DNA from: Promethearchaeota archaeon
GTDB taxonomy: Archaea > Asgardarchaeota > Lokiarchaeia > Sigyniarchaeales > SOKP01
Length of the DNA: 64,000 nucleotides
Direction of reading: 5' to 3'
NCBI GenBank assembly: GCA_016839585.1
Contig: JAEOTZ010000072.1
Coordinates: forward strand, 87,355 to 151,354
This document shows positions 56,987 through 64,000 of this stretch, piece after piece. Each line of letters begins with the position of its first letter. Position 1 is the first letter of the stretch. The notes beneath the pieces are model-generated. The model searched no databases and was not told where the DNA came from. It was given only the letters and a program-made list of their open reading frames with translations. The position numbers and the translations under genes are program-made.

Positions 56987-58156
56987 ATGCCTCAGAATCA
57001 AATTTTTTGCAGATATGCATTAATTGGTGATAATTTAGAACTTAAACAGAATGTTAGTTTAGATATTAATGACGAAGGAATGATTATAAATATAGAATAT
57101 GATGAAATTCGAGAAGAAATAGATATTTCGAAGGAAAAAAATGTTTTTTTAATGATTCCAGGTTTTATCAATTCACATATTCACATTGGAGACAGTTTTG
57201 CAAAAGAAATGGGATATAATCATGACTTAAAAAAAATTGTTTCTCCCCCTTATGGGCTTAAGCATGAACTATTACAAAAGATACCTGAAAAAATAAAAAT
57301 TATAGGAATGCAAAATGCTGCTGCTGAAATGGTTTCAACTGGTATAACGTGCTTTATTGACTTTAGAGAACGAAATATGGAAGGTATAAATCTTTTAAAT
57401 AACGCATTAAAAAGATTTCCAATTAATTATCTAATTTTTGGGCGATTTGGTAATCCAGAAGAAATTGAATCTATTTTTAAAGTGGCTGATGGTATTGGTT
57501 TACCAAGCTATCATAATATTTCCTCTAAAATAAAAGAAATTTTGAACTTTAACAAAGAAAAGTTAAAAAAGAAAATCGCTTGTCATTGTGCTGAGTTAGA
57601 AAGAAATGAAAATTTAATAAATGAAATGTTTAATGAAGGTATAGTTGATATTGTAATTCATGGAACTCATTTTATTAAAAAGGATTTGATCCATTTAAAT
57701 AAAAAGAATTTATCTTTAGTTCTATGTCCAAGATCTAATGGGTATTTTGGAACTGGATTTCCTCCCATATTGAATATATTAAAATTGAAGATTCCAATTT
57801 CTTTAGGAACTGATAATGTAATGGCAAATAATCCTGATTTATTTGAAGAAATGCGTTATTTTTACAGAATAGCGAGAGTATTGTGCAAAAATGATATTAG
57901 CGTGAAAATTAGCGCTAAAGACATTTTAAAAATGGTTACAGTTAATGCTGCAAGAAATTTTAAAATCGAAAAAAAATTAGGTTCTATTTCAAAAGGAAAA
58001 ATAGCTGATCTCTTCCTTATCAATTTAAACGATCCAAACTTTTATTCAATAAATATTGACATAAATAAAATATATCCGCTAATTGTACAGCGTACAAAAT
58101 CAGAAAATGTTAAAAAGACCTATATAAAAGGAGAACTTGCGTTTGAAAGAAAGTGA
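56987..58156 (+). CDS. Amidohydrolase-superfamily deaminase
   Basis: PGFINSHIH, HCAE, IHG, CPRSN, LGTD, GKIADL. Confidence 0.85.
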   Translation: MPQNQIFCRYALIGDNLELKQNVSLDINDEGMIINIEYDEIREEIDISKEKNVFLMIPGFINSHIHIGDSFAKEMGYNHDLKKIVSPPYGLKHELLQKIPEKIKIIGMQNAAAEMVSTGITCFIDFRERNMEGINLLNNALKRFPINYLIFGRFGNPEEIESIFKVADGIGLPSYHNISSKIKEILNFNKEKLKKKIACHCAELERNENLINEMFNEGIVDIVIHGTHFIKKDLIHLNKKNLSLVLCPRSNGYFGTGFPPILNILKLKIPISLGTDNVMANNPDLFEEMRYFYRIARVLCKNDISVKISAKDILKMVTVNAARNFKIEKKLGSISKGKIADLFLINLNDPNFYSINIDINKIYPLIVQRTKSENVKKTYIKGELAFERK

Positions 58157-58829
58157 AAAAGTTGTGATTAAAAAACCTTATGTTTTGCTAAGCGCAGCAA
58201 TGTCTATTGATGGAAAAATAGCTTCAAGAGCAGGAGACCCCGAATTATCTGATGAACAAGATTGGAAAGAAGTTCATAAAATTCGTAGTAAAATGGATGC
58301 AATTTTGGTAGGAAAAGAAACAATTCTAAAGGATAACCCAAAATTACACATTAAATTTCATGAGCACAAGGGGTATTATCGAATTGTTGTAGATAGTAAA
58401 CTAACAATACCTTTGGATTCAAATGTTATTAGTTTTCAATCAGAAATTTATCCCACTATAATTTGCACTACTGAAAGAGTTCCAATTAAGAAAATTAGAC
58501 AATTTGAGGCATCTAATGTGAAAATTATCCAGTCTGGAGCAGGTAGGAGAGTTAATTTAGTTAAACTAATGCCTCTTTTATATAGATTAGGAATACATTC
58601 AATCTTATTAGAAGGAGGTGGTACTTTAAATTGGAGTTTTATTAAAAACGATTTAATTGATGAAATAAGACTGACGATTGCTCCTTGGATTATTGGAGGA
58701 AAAGATGCTGTAAGCTTAGTAGAGGGTGAAGGTTTTGAAAAAATGATTCAAGCACCCAGATTTAGATTGCTTAATATTAATGATAGAGATAATTATGTTG
58801 TTTTAAATTACAAAAGGAGCGATAAATGA
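58137..58829 (+). CDS. arfC: 2,5-diamino-6-ribosylamino-4(3H)-pyrimidinone 5'-phosphate reductase (RibD-C/ArfC)
   Basis: AAMSIDGKIA, DAILVGKETILKDNPKL, RIVVDS, LLEGGG. Confidence 0.85.
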   Translation: MRLKESEKVVIKKPYVLLSAAMSIDGKIASRAGDPELSDEQDWKEVHKIRSKMDAILVGKETILKDNPKLHIKFHEHKGYYRIVVDSKLTIPLDSNVISFQSEIYPTIICTTERVPIKKIRQFEASNVKIIQSGAGRRVNLVKLMPLLYRLGIHSILLEGGGTLNWSFIKNDLIDEIRLTIAPWIIGGKDAVSLVEGEGFEKMIQAPRFRLLNINDRDNYVVLNYKRSDK

Positions 58830-59929
58830 ATATTCAAGACGATTTTGAACAATTAAAGAATTTAACGTTAAAGAAAATAAAAGAAAAAGTCAAAGATATT
58901 GTAGCTCAATTACCTACTAATGAGCAAAAAGTAATTACTTATTCAAAAAATTTCACAATTTCATTATCAAATTATTGTCAAAACTTTTGTGGGTATTGTT
59001 TTTACAATTTTAGAATTCCTAAATTAGATGGTCAAAGTAATGTAATATTACTTGGAAATGAACAAATGCAAACTCTAATTCAGATGGGTATTCGTTATAA
59101 CTGTAAAGAGGCTTTGATAATGTCTGGAGAAAAACCAGATAGTTTTAAGGAAGTTAAAGATGAATTAAAAAAGAGAGATTGCAGTGATTTTATTGAGTTT
59201 GTAAAAGATATTTCTAACTACTTACTAGATTTTAATTTATTGCCTCATACAAATTTAGGTATACTGACTATTGACGATTTGAGACTATTAAAAAATTATA
59301 ATGCCAGTATGGGTTTGATGCTTGAGAGTACCAGTATGGATTTATTTAAGAAAGGAGGAGTACACGAACGATCTCCAGGAAAAATCCCTACTAAACGAAT
59401 AAATCACATAAAGAATGCAGGAAAATTAAAAATACCTTTTACAACAGGATTATTATTAGGGATTGGGGAATCATTAGATGATAGAATAAAAGATTTGTTT
59501 TTAATTAAAGAAATTCATGAAGCTTATGGCCATATACAAGAAGTTATAATCCAGAATTTTGTAAATAAACCAGGAATTCCTTACCAACCAAAAAAAGTAA
59601 TTAATATAAAAGATATCCTTAGAATTTTTGGAACTGCGAAAATTATCTTTGAAAATGAAATTGCGATCCAAGTTCCACCAAATCTCATATCAGGATATGA
59701 AATAGAATTTATTGAAATGGGAGTAAATGATTTTGGTGGAATTTCACCATTTTCTTTAGATTATATAAATCCAGAAAAGATATGGCCCCAGATTGATGAA
59801 TTAAAAAATATATGTGAGGCTAAAAATTATATACTCCAAGAAAGGCTTCCAATATATGACAAATATATACAAAAAAATGGTTTCTGTCCAGAAAATATTA
59901 AAAAAACTATTGATAATATAAATTATTGA
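58826..59929 (+). CDS. cofG: FO synthase subunit CofG (radical SAM)
   Basis: ITYSKN, CQNFCGYC, KEAL..SGE, PHTNLG, SMGLMLE, PFTTG, QEVIIQNF, QVPPNL. Confidence 0.92.
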   Translation: MNIQDDFEQLKNLTLKKIKEKVKDIVAQLPTNEQKVITYSKNFTISLSNYCQNFCGYCFYNFRIPKLDGQSNVILLGNEQMQTLIQMGIRYNCKEALIMSGEKPDSFKEVKDELKKRDCSDFIEFVKDISNYLLDFNLLPHTNLGILTIDDLRLLKNYNASMGLMLESTSMDLFKKGGVHERSPGKIPTKRINHIKNAGKLKIPFTTGLLLGIGESLDDRIKDLFLIKEIHEAYGHIQEVIIQNFVNKPGIPYQPKKVINIKDILRIFGTAKIIFENEIAIQVPPNLISGYEIEFIEMGVNDFGGISPFSLDYINPEKIWPQIDELKNICEAKNYILQERLPIYDKYIQKNGFCPENIKKTIDNINY

Positions 59930-61059
59930 TGATAGCTTCTCAGATATTCAACCAGATAAAAACTGAGACAAAGAAAATTTTAAAAAAAGCGTTAAGTAAT
60001 AAAGAGATTTCTTCTGAAGAAGCTTTAAAATTATTAAAAGTTCATGGTAAAGAATTTTTTGCTTTACGCTACGTAGCAGATCAAATTTGTTATGAAAAAA
60101 AGCGAGATATTGTGACTTTTATAATAAATAGAAATATAAATTTTACAAATATTTGTTTTCAAGGATGTAAATTTTGCTCATTTAGTCTACCTGCAAATCA
60201 CGAAGATGCATTTTTATTAAGTATTGAAGAAATAAGAAAAAAAGTCATTGAAGCGAAAAATTTTAATTGTACAGAAGTATGTATTCAAGGTGGTATAAAT
60301 CCTCAATTAAAATTTGATTATTATTTGGAAATTATCAAAGCTGTCAAAAAGATTGATCCAAAAATTCATATTCATGCTTTTTCTCCTCAAGAAGTATTCT
60401 ATATGTCAAAGTTATATGGAGATACGGTGGAAAATACCTTGAAAGAACTTAAAAAATCTGGTTTAGATTCAATACCAGGGACAGCAGCTGAAATTCTAGT
60501 TGATAAGGTTCGTAAGGTTATTTGTCCTAATAAAGTTTCCACATCTCAATGGATTGACATTATCAAATTAGCTCATAAAACTGGTATACGAACGACTTCA
60601 ACAATAATGTATGGACATATAGAGACATTATCTGACAGGATTAAACATTTAGAGATTTTAAGAGAGATTCAGAAGAAAACTAATGGTTTTACTGAATTTG
60701 TTTCATTACCTTTTGTTAAGGAAAAGCCAATTTTATCAAAACTTACAGATTATCCACTAAAGCCTAGTTATGGAATGGAAGATTTAAAGTTATTTTGTGT
60801 TGCACGTCTATTTTTTAATAATTATATAGATAATATCCAATGTAGTTGGGTGAAACTTGGTCCCAAACTTGCTCAAGTTTCTCTAAACTATGGGGTGAAT
60901 GATTTTTCAGGCACTTTAATGGAAGAAAATATTTCTAAAAGTGCCGGAGCAGAATTTGGTGAATATTTACCTCCTGATGAAATTATTGAAATTATTAAAG
61001 CTGCTGGAAAGCGCCCAGCTCAGCGGGATACGCTTTATAATATTATGAGATATTATTAG
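59926..61059 (+). CDS. cofH: FO synthase subunit CofH (radical SAM)
   Basis: NRNINFTN.CFQGCKFC, TEVCIQGG, PGTAAEIL, QCSWVKLG, GTLMEE.IS, QRDTLY. Confidence 0.92.
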   Translation: MMIASQIFNQIKTETKKILKKALSNKEISSEEALKLLKVHGKEFFALRYVADQICYEKKRDIVTFIINRNINFTNICFQGCKFCSFSLPANHEDAFLLSIEEIRKKVIEAKNFNCTEVCIQGGINPQLKFDYYLEIIKAVKKIDPKIHIHAFSPQEVFYMSKLYGDTVENTLKELKKSGLDSIPGTAAEILVDKVRKVICPNKVSTSQWIDIIKLAHKTGIRTTSTIMYGHIETLSDRIKHLEILREIQKKTNGFTEFVSLPFVKEKPILSKLTDYPLKPSYGMEDLKLFCVARLFFNNYIDNIQCSWVKLGPKLAQVSLNYGVNDFSGTLMEENISKSAGAEFGEYLPPDEIIEIIKAAGKRPAQRDTLYNIMRYY

Positions 61060-61137
61060 ATTAATTTAGCTAATTTACTAAAAATTCCAAAACCAAATAA
61101 TGCTCAAGGTAGAGTCTTACATGAAATATTTGATTAG
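61060..61137 (+). pseudogene. Possible C-terminal remnant of an alkaline-phosphatase-superfamily gene
   Basis: Reads INLANLLKIPKPNNAQGRVLHEIFD* in frame after the cofH TAG; no start codon of its own. Confidence 0.45.
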
Positions 61138-63003
61138 TTAGAGATTTTGATGACCTTGTAAATAACTTAAGATGTATTGTTGCGTTATTAAGTCTGAACT
61201 AACCACACCCAATACTTTTCCTTCATCAACAACAGGTATAGCAGAAATTTGATATTGCTCAAGTTCTCTTACAATATCCAAAATAGTAAAGTTCGGAGAT
61301 GCTGTGATAACATTCTTAGTCATAATTTTATCAAGCTTTACATCAATAGTTCCCTCAGCAGTAGCTTTTGTAACGTCCCAATCTGTTACAACTCCTACAA
61401 GCTTATCTTTAGAAAGAACAGCAATTATCCCACTCATACTATTTATGATTAATGCCGCCGCTTCTTGTAAATTACTATTAACATCAATGGTAGGTATTGA
61501 AACCATGATTTCTTTTGCAGTACGTTCACTTTCTTTTGCAGTGAGGCGCTGTACACTAATACGTTCAGCAGCTGCGAAGGGAAGCATATCTGGATTGTTA
61601 GCTAATAAATTAACTAATTCAATCATATTATTATGAATAACATCCTCTCTATATTCTTCTCCAGCTGTTAATCGTCTTTTTGAGAGTTCGGAAAATTCAA
61701 TAGCATGGTCTTTTAGCCAACTTTCTACCGCTATATGGTCACCTAACATTTTTTCTGGGATTTGTAAATGATCGGGTGTTTTGATAATATGTTCTTGAGC
61801 AGCATAGATGACTCCTCCAGAATTAACTAAATAATCATTTGCAATCATTACTCCTTTCTCACGATATACAATTTGTTCCATACGAATACGAGCAGCTTTT
61901 CTATTTGGATCTGGAGAATAGGTATTAGCCCCTTCCACAATCACTGACCATTTACCCATCCGATCCACTGTCGTTGAAGGATCCTCAGATTGCCAGACCC
62001 CCAGATAATTAAATACAGGCGCAGCTGGAATCATACAAAAAGCATTTTCTAGAAGTAAATTATTGGAATTAGTAGAAAATTTTGTAGGATGCTTATAACC
62101 CTCTCTTATAATTTCATTTTTAAAATATATATTCGTAACTAAACGTTTTTCTTTCCACAATTTAAAAAGATCTTCAACTGGTAACCCAGATTCATTATAT
62201 AAATAACCTTCTAGATCACTAATCCCAATTATTTTAACTTGTGGAATGCGTTCTTTTAATATACGTGCTGAATGAGCTCCAACAGCACCAAAACCTTGAA
62301 TTATAACTTTAAGATCTTTATGTTCTGGAATTTCTAAATTAGCAAATTGTGGAAGTACTCTTAATCTAGGCATAATTTCTAGCAAAGTCTGTAAAGCAAT
62401 CACCACGCCCCCGGCAGCAGCACCTAATTCATCGATACGATTACCTCCCATATCGAGTGGTTTGGATACGGCACTATCTAGCCCATTTTCTATTGCAATT
62501 GTTTTCATATCAGCATCATTTGTACCAACATCAGGTCCTGGGACATAAATACCTTTATAACGACGAATTAGACGAGCGAAACCACGAACTACTTCAGTAT
62601 GTTCTTCGGGTGTCAAATTCCTTTCAGCAACTATTCCTGCTTTTCCACCACCGTAAGGTAAGTTAGCAGCAGCATTTTTAAGTGTCATACCCCGAGCTAA
62701 ATTATAAATATCTGAAGGTGTGATATCTGGCAACATTCTAATACCCCCCATCGAAGGACTTCCCATTGAAAGATTATCAAGAACTAAATATCCACCTATT
62801 TCCAAAGAAGATACCTCATCCCACAAACAAACAACAAGTTTAGGACCAAGCTTATCACAAATAATTCCTAGGTGAGATAAAAGATGGAGATCCAAATTAG
62901 TAAATTCTAAATAACACTTTCCATTCTCCTTTTTAGTTCTCGCTTTCAGAGTACCCTCTGGAAGGTGTTCCCTAAGAAAAGTTTCCATTCTTTTTGGTAT
63001 CAT
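61138..63003 (-). CDS. Glu/Leu/Phe/Val dehydrogenase fused to a C-terminal CBS pair
   Basis: GGIRM, MTLKNA, GGGKAG, GPDVGT, QGFGAVG, EGAN, NSGGV; CBS motifs LVGVVTDWD and IPVVD..VLGVVSSD. Confidence 0.88.
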   Translation of the reverse strand: MIPKRMETFLREHLPEGTLKARTKKENGKCYLEFTNLDLHLLSHLGIICDKLGPKLVVCLWDEVSSLEIGGYLVLDNLSMGSPSMGGIRMLPDITPSDIYNLARGMTLKNAAANLPYGGGKAGIVAERNLTPEEHTEVVRGFARLIRRYKGIYVPGPDVGTNDADMKTIAIENGLDSAVSKPLDMGGNRIDELGAAAGGVVIALQTLLEIMPRLRVLPQFANLEIPEHKDLKVIIQGFGAVGAHSARILKERIPQVKIIGISDLEGYLYNESGLPVEDLFKLWKEKRLVTNIYFKNEIIREGYKHPTKFSTNSNNLLLENAFCMIPAAPVFNYLGVWQSEDPSTTVDRMGKWSVIVEGANTYSPDPNRKAARIRMEQIVYREKGVMIANDYLVNSGGVIYAAQEHIIKTPDHLQIPEKMLGDHIAVESWLKDHAIEFSELSKRRLTAGEEYREDVIHNNMIELVNLLANNPDMLPFAAAERISVQRLTAKESERTAKEIMVSIPTIDVNSNLQEAAALIINSMSGIIAVLSKDKLVGVVTDWDVTKATAEGTIDVKLDKIMTKNVITASPNFTILDIVRELEQYQISAIPVVDEGKVLGVVSSDLITQQYILSYLQGHQNL

Positions 63004-63121
63004 AATTTTCTGCCGATATTTAATTTCTTCAAATTAGTTTTAATTGTTAATATTCGCAATTTCTATATAGAGTATATTATTAAAAATATTTTTTTTATTT
63101 TTACAAAATTCAATCTTATAA

Positions 63122-64000
63122 TTATTCATCTTGAATATAAGGTTTCCCCAGCTTTAAACAAATTTCTGCTTTCTTTAATTCTCTACCTATATAATTAATA
63201 TGAGAAAGATTTTTAGTTAAATTTTCTTCTATAATTTTTTTACTCAATGCTTCTGCATTGGTTCCAATTAAAGTTTTAAGCAATTTATGTTTATTTGAGA
63301 AAAATAGTACATAAATATTTCTTGAATAATGATCAACATAAATCTTACAATATCCTGTTTCATCTGGAATATAATTAAGATTAAGTTTTTCAACAATTAT
63401 TGCATTTTTCCCTTCAATTTCCGGTATCACTTGACTAGTTTTTCCTTTAGCTTTAAAAATTTGAATTCCTTGATTAATTGGGGGTGATTTATTACATTTT
63501 GAAACGTAAGTTAACTTTACACTTTCTTTTAACTCGGCAACACCACCCATTAACTTTGTGCTATGCTCAACAGTAAATATTAAACCCATATCTAATTCAA
63601 TTGCTATACTAGCTAAAAGTCCATTAATTCCGACAGAATCTATATCCATTAACTCAACTACATTTGATATCCCAAAAAACATTGGGAGCTCTAATATTGT
63701 GTTTTTTAGTTTGGTAATTTCCTTTTTATACAAAAAATAGGCTTCTAATGAATTACAAATTCCTGGAGTGATTGGTGTTTCAAGCAAAGGATCAGCTATT
63801 AATTTCTCGAAACCAATATCATGCATTCTTTTCGTCAATTCAAGCAAATTATTAACTCGTGTTTCCGGGTCTTTTGGAAAGTATCCCTCATTAATTTTAG
63901 TTGGTAATATAACAATAGGGATATTTCTTGGAATATCTGAAAATTCCATATAATTTCCTAAATCTAGGCTAAGGATTAAATCGATTTTACTCTCTACAGC
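63122..64000 (-). CDS. Dihydropteroate-synthase-related protein with DUF4346-like C-terminus (5'-truncated by window edge)
   Basis: ADPLL, FGISNVVELMDIDSVGIN, FTVEHS.K, HINYIGRELKKAE; frame is open up to position 64000. Confidence 0.8.
   Translation of the reverse strand, partial: AVESKIDLILSLDLGNYMEFSDIPRNIPIVILPTKINEGYFPKDPETRVNNLLELTKRMHDIGFEKLIADPLLETPITPGICNSLEAYFLYKKEITKLKNTILELPMFFGISNVVELMDIDSVGINGLLASIAIELDMGLIFTVEHSTKLMGGVAELKESVKLTYVSKCNKSPPINQGIQIFKAKGKTSQVIPEIEGKNAIIVEKLNLNYIPDETGYCKIYVDHYSRNIYVLFFSNKHKLLKTLIGTNAEALSKKIIEENLTKNLSHINYIGRELKKAEICLKLGKPYIQDE

Noticed and set aside
842-63953. Many 60-110 aa antisense or nested ORFs (e.g. 842-1168, 21950-22255, 51500-51724, 61304-61636)
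   Set aside because: They overlap well-supported genes on the opposite strand or in another frame and show no motifs.
1-64000. Selenoproteins/SECIS, tRNA, rRNA, CRISPR and IS elements
   Set aside because: The redox motifs I checked all use Cys codons, with no in-frame TGA at catalytic sites. I saw no GC-rich structured RNA, repeat-spacer array or transposase. A covariance-model scan would be needed to exclude small RNAs.

Overview
AT-rich, gene-dense archaeal window, most likely an Asgard archaeon of the Lokiarchaeia type. This rests on archaeal AlaRS, DTD2, EndoQ, MptA, CofG/CofH and GGTGA/GGAGG SD motifs found together with eukaryotic-signature proteins. About 0-33.6 kb is a sulfur-relay, Fe-S assembly and oxidative-stress region: TusA, DsrE, IscS, an IscU fusion, a CoA-persulfide-reductase fusion, rubrerythrin, desulfoferrodoxin, FprA, two rubredoxin-type genes missing from the ORF track, NROR, Isf, Grx/FTR, two PDOs with TrxR, and an atypical CooS. 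It also holds a longin multidomain protein and a steroid 5-alpha-reductase gene pair. About 33.6-48 kb is housekeeping (dtdA, alaS, ftsZ, EndoQ). The standout is ~48.2-55.9 kb, a self-contained ubiquitin-like conjugation locus. It encodes two paralogous Ubls with acidic N-tails and a single-Gly '...LIPASTAG' end (UFM1-like spacing), a membrane-anchored non-conjugatable Ubl paralog, a wHTH regulator, a UBA3-like E1, an E2, a JAMM protease and a ~6-TM RING-variant E3. About 56-64 kb is pterin/flavin/F420 biosynthesis plus an amino-acid dehydrogenase-CBS fusion. I saw no rRNA, tRNA, CRISPR array or mobile element. All calls come from motif recognition by eye, with no database searches.
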